From: a virus
Lineage: Duplodnaviria; Caudoviricetes
Virus record (IMG/VR): IMGVR_UViG_3300030090_003512
Span: 1 to 55,451 of that record
Direction: 5' to 3' (one strand)
DNA length: 55,451 nt
Numbering within the stretch: position 1 is the first letter of the stretch; every line of letters begins with the position of its first letter. The position numbers and the translations under genes were made by a program. The notes beneath the pieces were generated by a model. The model saw only the letters and a program-made list of their open reading frames with translations. It ran no database searches and was not told where the DNA came from. This document shows, piece by piece, positions 29,035 through 38,669 of the stretch.

Positions 29035-30528
29035 TTAAACAGTACCTTGAATAAGAACGTGCTGGTTAGCAGATCTTGTTACTAGACAACACTCTGAACG
29101 GTAGTGGAACTTAGCAACGTCTTGCGTATCGTTAGTGAAACCAAGAACGCCACCACCAGTTACCCAGTGCTCCATCTCACGGTCATAACCGCCAGCAGAC
29201 TTAAAGTTCATTTCTAGAGCAGGAGCTCTTTCACCTGAACGTGGATCTACTACGTTAGCAAGAGGAATCATCACACCAGCAGCTAGTCTGTTGTGAACGT
29301 CATCATTACCAAGAAGTGTTGGATCGTTAAGAAGCTTGAAGCTGTTCTTGTGGAACGTGTATCCGCCACGAGAGAAAGACTTAAACCCAAGGTTTAGAGC
29401 CATGTCTCTGTCGTTGTTGAAAGCTCCAAAGCTTGCAGCAACACCTGCAGTAACGTTAGTACCAGCACCAGCACCAGCAACCATATCGTCAAGAAGAAGG
29501 TCTTGGCGAGTAGCTGAGTAAACAGCGTATTCAGCAGGACATCCGTTCTTATCCATCTCCTTAATTAAAGCGTCAAGGTCAGTAAGACCGTTGCTTCCAA
29601 GAAGATCTGAAGTTACCATACCACGATCCTCTAGTGCTGAGAAGTATCCCTCAGTACCGTCGATATTAGTGATACCGTTTGTACTATCGATGTTAGTTAC
29701 CTTTTGTCCAAGAAGCATTACCATCTCACGCTTATCCATAAAGCGCTGACGAGTATCCATCTCAGACTTGATGTAGTAACGGTAGTCACCACCACCTACA
29801 TCGATGTAACCGATGTTAGTAGCTTGTGATCCAGAAACCTCGAAAGACTCCTTTACGATAGCGTAAGGATTAGTTCTCTTAACAACGTTAGACTCTAGGA
29901 AACGATCTGGTTGATCAGAACCTTGAGCGAACATGTTACCGATGATAGGCATTGTGTATGCCGTCTCATCATTTAAAGCTACAGTTGGGGCAGCAGCACC
30001 GTCATCAGCGTTAGCTCCAAGAAGAGGCTTTGTAGTAAAACCCGTGCCAGTAGCAGCAGTAACTAATAAGCGGTCAACACCGTTGATAAGAAGAATATCT
30101 CCTACACGACAAACAACTTGAGCAGAAGAAGTATCATTAAAAGATCCTCCATCAGCAGTAAGCACTGTGTCAAAGATTAATCCTCCAGCGATATCTGAAA
30201 GGTCAGTTGCTTGAGCACCTCCATCTTTGTCAACAGCACTAGCAATAGTAGCAGTTTGCGTTTGGTGTAGACGAGCTTCTTCGTAATACTGAACGTTATC
30301 AGCAGTACCGTTAGACTTAATAGCTCCAGTCATTTTTAAAAATCCAGAAATGCCTTGGTTACCGAAAGACTTCGATAGTTTAGCACGTACGTCTGGGGCG
30401 TTTACTTCATCAATGAAGTCGTACAACGAAGTATACTTCGTTGGATCAGCCAAATTGTACAGGTTGTTGTTGATGCCTTTAGGGGCAGAGCTAAACGTAC
30501 CTGTACTTTGTGAAACATTAATCGACAT
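29035..30528 (-). CDS. Major capsid protein
   Basis: 497 aa, after the scaffold; GTEGYFSALEDRG, LNLGFKSFSRGGYTFHK and HYRSECCL patterns. Confidence 0.85.
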   Translation of the reverse strand: MSINVSQSTGTFSSAPKGINNNLYNLADPTKYTSLYDFIDEVNAPDVRAKLSKSFGNQGISGFLKMTGAIKSNGTADNVQYYEEARLHQTQTATIASAVDKDGGAQATDLSDIAGGLIFDTVLTADGGSFNDTSSAQVVCRVGDILLINGVDRLLVTAATGTGFTTKPLLGANADDGAAAPTVALNDETAYTMPIIGNMFAQGSDQPDRFLESNVVKRTNPYAIVKESFEVSGSQATNIGYIDVGGGDYRYYIKSEMDTRQRFMDKREMVMLLGQKVTNIDSTNGITNIDGTEGYFSALEDRGMVTSDLLGSNGLTDLDALIKEMDKNGCPAEYAVYSATRQDLLLDDMVAGAGAGTNVTAGVAASFGAFNNDRDMALNLGFKSFSRGGYTFHKNSFKLLNDPTLLGNDDVHNRLAAGVMIPLANVVDPRSGERAPALEMNFKSAGGYDREMEHWVTGGGVLGFTNDTQDVAKFHYRSECCLVTRSANQHVLIQGTV

Positions 30529-30546
30529 GATTTACAATTTTTGTAG

Positions 30547-31623
30547 TTATACTTTAAATGTCATGCCAGTACCACCTCCGAGTGCGTTTAATAATTGTTC
30601 TTCAAGTTTATTTCTTTGATCTGGTTGTTGATTGATATTTGGTCTGCTTGCGTCAACATTAGCTGCTTGTGCTACAACACCTTTTCTCCCATCGCTCAAT
30701 CCTTGATTATAGATTGACGATACGATACTATCTATGTTGTCTACAAGAGCCCTGTGTGCATTAAGCTTATCAAAGTTCCAATCTCCAGAATCACTTACGT
30801 AATCGTTGAAGTACTCATCAAGCTTTGAGTTTTTTTGTACAAGCTGCTTTCTATAGTTGTCGTCAATACCAAACTTAAACGTTTCGTTTCCTGGTAGATC
30901 AAACTCTAGATAACCGAAGTTATTTGTTCTAGCAGACATGCTATTAACCCAATCCTCGTCGATAGGACTATCCATGTTGCTCGTTTCTACTGCAGGAGCT
31001 TCATATGAAGACCTTAATTCTGTAATAGATTTACGAGCTTTTTCCGCATCCATCTTAAGCTGAAGCGTAGACAACTTTATTTCATCTTCACTGTGGTAAT
31101 CCTGGTCTAGCTTGTACTTGTTTTTAAGTAATAAAGCTACATCGTCAGATGTAAGACTAGGGTTTTCAGCGGAAACCTGCAAACGCACTAAGGACATCTC
31201 ATCCATTTCGGATGGATCTAATGATTGGTATCTATACCACTCCTCTGGAGTTCTACCAGTTTCTACGACGAACTTGTTGATCGCTGCTACACGCTCATCA
31301 ATTTCTACGGGTTTATAAGAAATAGCTTCAGAAATAGAATCAAAACTATCGAAGTCTTTACCAAGCCTTTCGCTTAGGAATTCAAGAACCTCTTGGTCTA
31401 CATTTATATCTTCTGCTTTCGCTTCCTGTTGAACAGGCTGTTCTGCCTGTGGTGTTTCTACCTGTTGAGTTTGTGGCTCTGGGGTAGGTGTTGAAACCTC
31501 GGCGTCAGGTTGTGCCTGAACCTCGGTTTCTTGTGGCTCCTGCGTAGGAGCTTCTTGCGTAGGTGGCGCATCGCTAATAGCGAAGCCAGCTGACGCCATT
31601 GCTTCTTCTAAGTCTTTATTCAT
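30547..31623 (-). CDS. Capsid scaffolding protein
   Basis: Acidic P/Q/E-rich N-terminus, helical body, YNQG near the C-terminus; upstream of the MCP. Confidence 0.75.
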   Translation of the reverse strand: MNKDLEEAMASAGFAISDAPPTQEAPTQEPQETEVQAQPDAEVSTPTPEPQTQQVETPQAEQPVQQEAKAEDINVDQEVLEFLSERLGKDFDSFDSISEAISYKPVEIDERVAAINKFVVETGRTPEEWYRYQSLDPSEMDEMSLVRLQVSAENPSLTSDDVALLLKNKYKLDQDYHSEDEIKLSTLQLKMDAEKARKSITELRSSYEAPAVETSNMDSPIDEDWVNSMSARTNNFGYLEFDLPGNETFKFGIDDNYRKQLVQKNSKLDEYFNDYVSDSGDWNFDKLNAHRALVDNIDSIVSSIYNQGLSDGRKGVVAQAANVDASRPNINQQPDQRNKLEEQLLNALGGGTGMTFKV

Positions 31624-31650
31624 ATTACATTAAATTTATTTATATACGTT

Positions 31651-32187
31651 TTAGTACTCTACGTGGAATACTATTCTAAGATCGTCTGTTGCAGTAAAGT
31701 TTAAAGTACCTACATCTAAACCTGCTACATAACAAGTGTTTCCTACGCCTGTACTCATATCACCTTGCAATACAATTCCTAGATCTCCAATATTCATATT
31801 ACCTACAGCCAAAGTGTTTTCTGCTCTGTGGCCTATCATAAATCTTACTTTAGGGATTTCATTATTCATTGCATCCGCCTCATCAGTAAGCTTGCATAAC
31901 CCTAAAAATTTATTTTTAACAAAATTAGGTGCAGTAATATCTGCTGCCGCATGGGCTGTTCCTAAATCACCCCCACTATTATCTTTAAAAAACAAAAGAT
32001 GCATTGAGTCTCCATCAACTGTTGTCGGAGCAGCCGTTCCATTTTGATCACCTACGTAAGCAAAGACACTTAAAAGTTTACAATGCTTGGCAGGTAGACT
32101 TATTGCTGTTAAGTTAAAAACAACATCTTTAGCGGTGTGCGCTCCTGCTACTACTGTTGGTTGTATTTCTATTGTTGCAAATCCCAT
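31651..32187 (-). CDS. Putative structural protein
   Basis: Beta-rich; head operon. Confidence 0.6.
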   Translation of the reverse strand: MGFATIEIQPTVVAGAHTAKDVVFNLTAISLPAKHCKLLSVFAYVGDQNGTAAPTTVDGDSMHLLFFKDNSGGDLGTAHAAADITAPNFVKNKFLGLCKLTDEADAMNNEIPKVRFMIGHRAENTLAVGNMNIGDLGIVLQGDMSTGVGNTCYVAGLDVGTLNFTATDDLRIVFHVEY

Positions 32188-32200
32188 AGTTTCTTAATTT

Positions 32201-32563
32201 TTAAACAGACCAGAATCCGTATTCTACAGATGTCGCCCCTCCGTATGATTCAGCTGTAATAGCTAAAGCGTTATACAGTGGGAAGAAAGCAAACTCTCCG
32301 ACTCTAATTTTAAAGACTACGTTACCATCAATCTTTACTTGCAAGAAGTCCGTACTGTTAGCTCCAGAAACAACTTTTATATATGCATATGAAAAAGCGC
32401 TGTTTGACGCAATTAATGCTTGCGCAGAGCCTGTAGCAATACTTGTTCTAGCAATATCAACCGTAGGGGCTGTTACAGTTAAGTTAGTAGTCACAGAAAA
32501 ACTCAGAGTATCTGATGAAGTATCTGAACTTGAAAATGATAAAGTCGGTGTTAGTGTCGCCAT
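32201..32563 (-). CDS. Putative structural protein
   Basis: S/T-rich beta protein; first gene after the promoter at 32593. Confidence 0.6.
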   Translation of the reverse strand: MATLTPTLSFSSSDTSSDTLSFSVTTNLTVTAPTVDIARTSIATGSAQALIASNSAFSYAYIKVVSGANSTDFLQVKIDGNVVFKIRVGEFAFFPLYNALAITAESYGGATSVEYGFWSV

Positions 32564-32592
32564 CTTATTTTAATTTCTTCTTTTATATAGTG

Positions 32593-32600
32593 CAAATATA
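32593..32600 (-). promoter_or_regulatory. Late promoter -7 element TATATTTG (capsid operon)
   Basis: Exact octamer, intergenic. Confidence 0.7.
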
Positions 32601-32616
32601 GGGAATCTAGGAAATC

Positions 32617-32940
32617 TTATTTTTTACCGTATGTCTTCTTCTGGCTCTTCGGTGGGCGCTTACTGTGCCCTCCTGCTTTCCATAAAAATCTATTAGCCCA
32701 ATATGCGGCACTACCTTTACGTTTAATATTTTTTGCGTGTCTACTCTTAAAAGCTTTTCGTGCTTCGGGGCTGTAATTGTTCCCCATCTTCTGATCACCA
32801 AAACGTACGACAACACCCTTCTCTTGTCCAGGCCCTATCGTAGAAAGAACCACAGCCTTTTTAGTAGGGTGGTTTCTTGTGAGCTTTGGTTTGTTAACTC
32901 CTTTAAGACCAAGCTTTTTTAATTTGTCTTTTATAGCCAT
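32617..32940 (-). CDS. Highly basic protein (DUF5754-like)
   Basis: VRFGD...RKAFKSRH...SAAYWANRFLW. Confidence 0.65.
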   Translation of the reverse strand: MAIKDKLKKLGLKGVNKPKLTRNHPTKKAVVLSTIGPGQEKGVVVRFGDQKMGNNYSPEARKAFKSRHAKNIKRKGSAAYWANRFLWKAGGHSKRPPKSQKKTYGKK

Positions 32941-33308
32941 TAGAAGTCGCTCATTATAATTTCGTCAATAGCACCCTGCACATCACTCTTGCTCGCCTCC
33001 ATTGTCATCATAATGTTTGCCTGGAAGCGATCCACCTCCTCTCCGTTGTTGAACACAACGATTGTTGGGACCACGACGATCTTGTGCTCCATTTGTAACT
33101 CTGGAGCAACGGCAATGTCTACACGAGTTGTTGTGCAGTCGTTTAGCTTTTCTATCCAAGGCACACTGTTTTGAGAGTTGAACGAAGCGTTAAACTCTGC
33201 AACACATATGCCGTCTTTATTAATTTCTGGGGCACTCTCCAGAGGAGATACATGCACCACCATTAATAATGATAGAAGCGATAATACAGATACTAGAACA
33301 GTTTTCAT
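32940..33308 (-). CDS. Exported thioredoxin-fold protein lacking CxxC
   Basis: Hydrophobic N-terminus; VAEFNASFN in place of VxFxAxWCxxC; RVDI; IVVVPTIVVFNNGEEVDRF. Confidence 0.75.
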   Translation of the reverse strand: MKTVLVSVLSLLSLLMVVHVSPLESAPEINKDGICVAEFNASFNSQNSVPWIEKLNDCTTTRVDIAVAPELQMEHKIVVVPTIVVFNNGEEVDRFQANIMMTMEASKSDVQGAIDEIIMSDF

Positions 33309-33317
33309 TTTTCATCA

Positions 33318-33599
33318 TTACAGGTTATCTATCTTTTCTTCGATACGTTTCATATCGTCTTTAATTTCTGTTACATCTTCTTGTGTTGTCATAATAGTCT
33401 GACGGATCAGCTGATCTTTCATATCAAACTCCATACGAGTAACTTCTGCAGGTAATGGCTCAGGCAGCTCTTTAGCTAAAGCTATGTCTGCTTGAAGAGC
33501 AAACCACATCCCAATAAGGGCTGCTAGCCCTGCTACGCCCATTCCTATTGTCTTTAGATCTAGTGTTACTTTAGTATCTTCTCCAATTTGTTTTGCCAT
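33318..33599 (-). CDS. Single-TM protein with a C-terminal coiled coil
   Basis: TIGMGVAGLAALIGMWFAL TM segment; heptad-rich tail. Confidence 0.7.
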   Translation of the reverse strand: MAKQIGEDTKVTLDLKTIGMGVAGLAALIGMWFALQADIALAKELPEPLPAEVTRMEFDMKDQLIRQTIMTTQEDVTEIKDDMKRIEEKIDNL

Positions 33600-34696
33600 T
33601 ATAGTATCACATAATTTAGTCCTACAGTAAAGTCATGCCATTCTCTATTCCAATACTTATTGTATTTGCCTTCTAAGAAAACACCAAGACTTTTATTTAA
33701 TCTCCATCCAAAGATAAGGCCTGCGCCGTAATCGATCCATTGAGCCCCGTCAGTGGTTTCAAAGTAAGAGTACTCACCCTCTGTCTTTAAATGGTACGGC
33801 ATAACACTAACCCAAGAGTGCAGCCAGTAATCTTTTGTAAAGTGGTAATAGTCATAACCTAAAACAACAGAATAGTTCCATTGATTGGGTAGCTCGCTAC
33901 GCTTACGATCTACATAGTCATCTATCACTTGAGGGATAACAACCTGCTCCCATACATCAGAACTATTTGCAATAAGCTCTCCGTTAGGAGTAAAGTATTC
34001 TTCTGCCTGTACGTCAACAGTATATCCCTCTTGTATAGCTAAACTTGTGTAGTGTAAATTCCCGTTAGGTAGTACCCACTCGTCTAAGGGATTGTAACCA
34101 TATGGCTCTGATATACGCTGAGCTATACCTACATTAAAACTAAACTTACTATTGACGTTTAAACGTAAACGTTGAGAACCCTCAAAGTATTCGACGTCAG
34201 CAAAACCATCTTGCAGATACTCAGCTTTAGCGATCCAGTTTTTTGCAACGTAACGAAGGAAGTAATCTTGATCTAAAAAGTTTCTACCCTGCTGTCTTCG
34301 CCAGTCAGCTTCAAACAAAAACTCAAAGCCTTTTACCTTACCGATGTTTGCAGCATCACTATACGATCTTTCAGTACCGTTGTAAAAAGTATTTGCTCTA
34401 TTCTCATATCCAAACCTAGCAATCTTTCTTACACCCAAAGTCATGGAGTAATCAAAAGGTGTTTCTACAACATCGGTTTGTAAGCCATTTGTTACAGAGT
34501 AGATATTGTCGTCAGCAACAGAATTACCACCGCTAACAGCGGCATAAAAGGTAGCGAACTTAAATGTCTTTTTTAACGTCTGTCCTTTTGCATCTAAAGA
34601 CGCACCCAAAATAAACACGACAAGCATTATTGTCATGTAAAGAAAAAACTGTAATCTTTTGTACTTACGGCAGTTATTTAATTGGTCTGGTGACAT
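33599..34696 (-). CDS. Predicted outer-membrane beta-barrel protein
   Basis: Signal peptide ...LDAKG/Q; alternating aromatic strands; C-terminal GVFLEGKY...DFTVGLNYVIL. Confidence 0.7.
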   Translation of the reverse strand: MSPDQLNNCRKYKRLQFFLYMTIMLVVFILGASLDAKGQTLKKTFKFATFYAAVSGGNSVADDNIYSVTNGLQTDVVETPFDYSMTLGVRKIARFGYENRANTFYNGTERSYSDAANIGKVKGFEFLFEADWRRQQGRNFLDQDYFLRYVAKNWIAKAEYLQDGFADVEYFEGSQRLRLNVNSKFSFNVGIAQRISEPYGYNPLDEWVLPNGNLHYTSLAIQEGYTVDVQAEEYFTPNGELIANSSDVWEQVVIPQVIDDYVDRKRSELPNQWNYSVVLGYDYYHFTKDYWLHSWVSVMPYHLKTEGEYSYFETTDGAQWIDYGAGLIFGWRLNKSLGVFLEGKYNKYWNREWHDFTVGLNYVIL

Positions 34697-34845
34697 CACA
34701 CTTCAAATCCTACATTTAAAATCATAAATCTAAACTTTTTTGCGTAACGTATTTCTAGGATGGTGATTGTTCCTAATCTCCATTCTAAATGATACTTTTC
34801 TTTTTTGTTGTTAGCGTTCCAGCTATTAATCCAATTAACTTTCAT
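34696..34845 (-). CDS. Small hypothetical protein (49 aa)
   Basis: Read manually: MKVNWINSWNANNKKEKYHLEWRLGTITILEI...; stop overlaps the barrel gene start. Confidence 0.6.
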   Translation of the reverse strand: MKVNWINSWNANNKKEKYHLEWRLGTITILEIRYAKKFRFMILNVGFEV

Positions 34846-34857
34846 AATTTAACAATT

Positions 34858-35199
34858 TTATTTTTTTCTTTTTTGTCTTCTATACTCTCTCATAGCTTTA
34901 CGTAAATCTTTACCTTTTTTCCACGATCCAGCTGCAAACTTTTCTGCCTCTTCTGCACTATCAAATTCATACAATTCTCCAGCTTCTTTTGCTTGTTCAA
35001 AGCTTTGTGTCTCATAACCTTCTTTAGTTGTAGTTATCGTTGGTGCTACAAAATATTTTTCATCAGCTTCATACGTGGCCATTAAATGCGTAGATTTCGA
35101 ACCTTCGGGCTGCCCTTCTACATAATGAGCGTACTGTCTAGATTCTCTAGCATGTTTTTTCATATCACGCAAACTTCTTTTTTTTTCTACAAACCTCAT
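34858..35199 (-). CDS. Hypothetical phage protein
   Basis: ATGA overlap with the upstream gene. Confidence 0.7.
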   Translation of the reverse strand: MRFVEKKRSLRDMKKHARESRQYAHYVEGQPEGSKSTHLMATYEADEKYFVAPTITTTKEGYETQSFEQAKEAGELYEFDSAEEAEKFAAGSWKKGKDLRKAMREYRRQKRKK

Positions 35200-37412
35200 G
35201 ATTTAATAATTTTCTTTTTAATAATTCTAGAGTTGTATTGTATAACGACCTCATACACACCGTTTGAAAGGTGTGAGAGGTCTATTGTTTTATCAGAAGT
35301 TTGTATAACGACTTGACCTAAATAGTTATACAAAGATATCATAGCTGTTGATGGAGCTTGTATATACAATAATCCGTTTGTCGGGTTAGGGTATACACCA
35401 TATACATCATGTATATCATATACACCTTGCGGCCAACCTTGCTCACAGTAAGAGTATAGATCTACACACGCTTCATCCCAAGCTACTTCGCAGCAGTAAG
35501 GATCTATATCGATAATCCATGCATAACACCCATCGTTAAGCCAGTAAGGCTCGCCAGGTCCCGTGATACAACCTGCGTCATATAAGCAAGATTCTTCATC
35601 TGAAGTGTTTGCTAACTCATTGTAGTTAAATGCATCAGGATCCATACAATCTGCTACTACCTCTATACAAGAATCTTCAAGCTCTGTGTTAGCGTCTTCG
35701 TTATAGTTAAATGCATCTGGATTCATACACCCATATATATAAGGTATACAACTTCCGTTTTCTGTATTTGCATCTGGATTATAATTAAACTGAGTTGGAT
35801 CAGTACACCCAAATATTACTGGGACACAATCTCCAGCGTCTGTTGCTAAGGCGTTGTAATTAAATGCTGTTGGATCTTGACAGCCAATAACTTCTAACTC
35901 ATCACATACTCCGTCGCCATCAGCGTCGTTGACACACATATTTGCACAATCATAATACTGAACAGGATAACTACAGTCTAAATCTGTATTAGCTTCTGGA
36001 TTGTAGTTACATGCAACTTCATCTGTGCAACCATATATATAAGGTATACAACTGTCTCCGCAATACGGCATAAAGTGATATACCGTCCAGTTAGGTCCAG
36101 TAAATGGTTGAAGAGCCCCCTGACCATTATTTATAAATGGGTTACTGCCTTCAGACAATAAAGTGTCCCCAGCTTCGTTAAGGACATATACAGAGTTATG
36201 TAAAGTCTGGAAAGCTAGCTCTTGAGATGATTGCTGTTGATTACCAGCTTGGAAGTAGTATATATCGACTTCTTCATCAGAGTCTAGCACAATATCCCAT
36301 GACTGAAAGAACTCGCCAGGACCTACGGTAAACAGCCACTGCTGCTCACCCTGTACCATACCTATGGTAGAATTACCCCACCCGTCAGCTGCGTCATCCT
36401 CAAGTACGATATGTAGTGTACATGGGCCAGTAAGATCTGCTATAGTTGCAGTGCTATCGTAATTCAAAGCATTTGGATTTGTACAACCCCAAGTGTGTAA
36501 AGTTTCGCAAGTATCTGGAAGTGTAGCCTCTGGATTATAGTCTACATAATCATCATCCATACAACCAACTACATCTGGTTCAGGCTCACATGGCTCAGTA
36601 AATATAGCTCCAGAGTACATCGTATTACCATCATCAAATGTGGTGAATGCTAGGTCTTCTAACTCCCATAACACACTATCGCAAGCAGTAATAACACAAG
36701 CTCCATCTTCGCCGCCTGAAGCATAACCGTTTAGTCCGTCACCAAACTCGTCTACTAATATTAATTCAAAACCTAAACTAACACAAAAGTTATAAGTGTA
36801 TGTAACTAATTGATCTCCAAAATCAAACTCTCCTGGTATTACCTGATCATAAAACTGACCAGTAGCTATATCTACTAATGTAAATCCAGTTTCTCCTGGC
36901 CACGTATCTAAAGTAAGATCCATAGAAACCAAAGTTTCTGTAGAGTCACACTCAAATACATTACAGCTTCCGTTGTCTATGTTAGCCCATGGGTTGTAGT
37001 TGTTAGCAACAGGATTAGTACACCCAGGAAGAGGAGGTATGCAAGGGTTTAGTGTAAATGGTATGGTGTCTAAAGCTGTATCAAAATCATACACTGCTGT
37101 ATCTAACCCACATGTATTGCTTATCCTATACCAGCCCTCTCCAAATTGACAGCATATACCGTCACCAAAAGCATCCATCATTACAAACTCGTAATCTCCA
37201 GACGGTAGAAACACCATGTGATTTTGAAAGGTATTATTTTGATATGGAGGGCTTACTGCTACAACTTCAGAGTTTTCATTAAGTATTTCCCAAGAAGTCT
37301 CCCCAGCATACTGATCTGTTTGAACCTGCACATCCAACCAACTTCCTTGACCTAGCACATATGATGCTAACACCCAAAATAAAAAAACCAATAAGTAAGA
37401 TTTGTTTTTCAT
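35196..37412 (-). CDS. T9SS type-A sorting-domain protein with Cys-rich GCxDPxAxNY repeats
   Basis: Signal peptide ...YVLG/Q; C-terminal VYPNPT...LYNYLGQVV...IDLSHLSNGVY...KKIIK; eight repeats. Confidence 0.9.
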   Translation of the reverse strand: MKNKSYLLVFLFWVLASYVLGQGSWLDVQVQTDQYAGETSWEILNENSEVVAVSPPYQNNTFQNHMVFLPSGDYEFVMMDAFGDGICCQFGEGWYRISNTCGLDTAVYDFDTALDTIPFTLNPCIPPLPGCTNPVANNYNPWANIDNGSCNVFECDSTETLVSMDLTLDTWPGETGFTLVDIATGQFYDQVIPGEFDFGDQLVTYTYNFCVSLGFELILVDEFGDGLNGYASGGEDGACVITACDSVLWELEDLAFTTFDDGNTMYSGAIFTEPCEPEPDVVGCMDDDYVDYNPEATLPDTCETLHTWGCTNPNALNYDSTATIADLTGPCTLHIVLEDDAADGWGNSTIGMVQGEQQWLFTVGPGEFFQSWDIVLDSDEEVDIYYFQAGNQQQSSQELAFQTLHNSVYVLNEAGDTLLSEGSNPFINNGQGALQPFTGPNWTVYHFMPYCGDSCIPYIYGCTDEVACNYNPEANTDLDCSYPVQYYDCANMCVNDADGDGVCDELEVIGCQDPTAFNYNALATDAGDCVPVIFGCTDPTQFNYNPDANTENGSCIPYIYGCMNPDAFNYNEDANTELEDSCIEVVADCMDPDAFNYNELANTSDEESCLYDAGCITGPGEPYWLNDGCYAWIIDIDPYCCEVAWDEACVDLYSYCEQGWPQGVYDIHDVYGVYPNPTNGLLYIQAPSTAMISLYNYLGQVVIQTSDKTIDLSHLSNGVYEVVIQYNSRIIKKKIIKS

Positions 37413-37416
37413 GTCA

Positions 37417-37424
37417 CAAATATA
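37417..37424 (-). promoter_or_regulatory. Promoter -7 element TATATTTG, 4 nt upstream of the ATG
   Basis: Exact octamer. Confidence 0.7.
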
Positions 37425-37430
37425 ATTTAT

Positions 37431-38102
37431 TTACACTCCTATTATTTTGTCAATATTCGCAGTAGCTACATTATTAACCTCACCTATGTTAGCACTAGCT
37501 ACGAGATTAACGTCATTACCATATCCTGCTAACGTAACCACTAAAGTTATTGTCCCAGAAAAATCTATACCTACAGTTGTATTTCCATTACCAGAAAGAC
37601 TGTCAGTGTCTTGGAAGTCACTATCATGATCTACAACAGCACATATAAAACTATTATTATTTTGAATAGCTGTACGAGCTGCCGCATTTAATGTAATAGC
37701 ATTATTTGCTCCGTTATCATTCCAAGTAGAAACTTCACTTGAATATGCAGTACTAAAATCTACATTATTAAAATCGTCATTTATAAGATCATCACTTGCC
37801 CCACCAAAAGCATCACTTGCACAAACTATAACATCAGCAGTGTCAGATGTACCTTCACTCTCTATATTTAAAACAGCAGCACCTACTGCAGATGTAATAG
37901 ATGATGAATCAAATTGTAAAAAAGATCTTATATATCTAAATGTACCTGAACCTCTACCTGTGCTTTTAAAGTATTGAACAGCACTGTTTTGAGCTGTGCC
38001 TTGTGCTGTAGATGTACCAGAAGCTTCATCTCTAGCTGCTGCTTGAGTTGTATCAACTGTACCTATAATGCTACCACCTTTATTTAAGTTTATAGTAGAC
38101 AT
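37431..38102 (-). CDS. Tail-associated protein
   Basis: Tail-fibre operon; C-terminal VNxVAxANI repeats. Confidence 0.6.
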   Translation of the reverse strand: MSTINLNKGGSIIGTVDTTQAAARDEASGTSTAQGTAQNSAVQYFKSTGRGSGTFRYIRSFLQFDSSSITSAVGAAVLNIESEGTSDTADVIVCASDAFGGASDDLINDDFNNVDFSTAYSSEVSTWNDNGANNAITLNAAARTAIQNNNSFICAVVDHDSDFQDTDSLSGNGNTTVGIDFSGTITLVVTLAGYGNDVNLVASANIGEVNNVATANIDKIIGV

Positions 38103-38669
38103 TTAAAATATTTTTTTAGGGAGATAATATGTAGTGGAGTTAAAATACATATTAGGTTCAGGGTTTACAGAAATAGCTTCATATGAAACACCGTCTATGT
38201 TATGAATAGTATTAGCAGAAGTATTTGTGTTCCACCATGTAACTTTTGCTCCAGACTTACATAATGATGCTATAGTAGTAGCAAACAAACTCCAGTCATC
38301 TTCCCCCCACGTATCGTAAAATACTCCATCGTAAGTAGACAAAGAATCTTTTACTTCATACCAGTCTCCCTCTACTATAGTGACATTAGGTTTATCCGCA
38401 GCCCAAGCTTTAGCTTTTTCTATAACTTGAGGGTGGTTTTCTACTATAGTGTGAGATGATATAGAGTTAGCTTGAATGTGTCCAGCGGATATACCCATAC
38501 CAAATCCTATCTCTAATATATCTCCACCTCCTTCACACACATAATCAGCAGATGCTTTCATTATAGGATCTTCCCAAGACATCATGACCTGCATTTCCCC
38601 TCCAAATGCCTCATCTGTATAATATATTCTATCAGACAGAAATACTAATGTTTCATCTATATAACCCAT
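38103..38669 (-). CDS. Class I SAM methyltransferase, GAMT/RMT2-like
   Basis: VMMSWEDPIM, ILEIGFGMGISA, HTIVENHPQV, GDW and YDGVFYDTW. Confidence 0.85.
   Translation of the reverse strand: MGYIDETLVFLSDRIYYTDEAFGGEMQVMMSWEDPIMKASADYVCEGGGDILEIGFGMGISAGHIQANSISSHTIVENHPQVIEKAKAWAADKPNVTIVEGDWYEVKDSLSTYDGVFYDTWGEDDWSLFATTIASLCKSGAKVTWWNTNTSANTIHNIDGVSYEAISVNPEPNMYFNSTTYYLPKKIF

Noticed and set aside
37381-37394. AAAACCAATAAG on the + strand (also at 19192) as targets of the tRNA-like RNA
   Set aside because: These lie antisense to - strand genes, so they are absent from the mRNA; they illustrate background matches
32940-37412. Host contamination explaining the T9SS/OMP cluster
   Set aside because: Same strand as and coupled to phage-type genes, driven by the same octamer promoter, and flanked by virion genes; read coverage should still be checked
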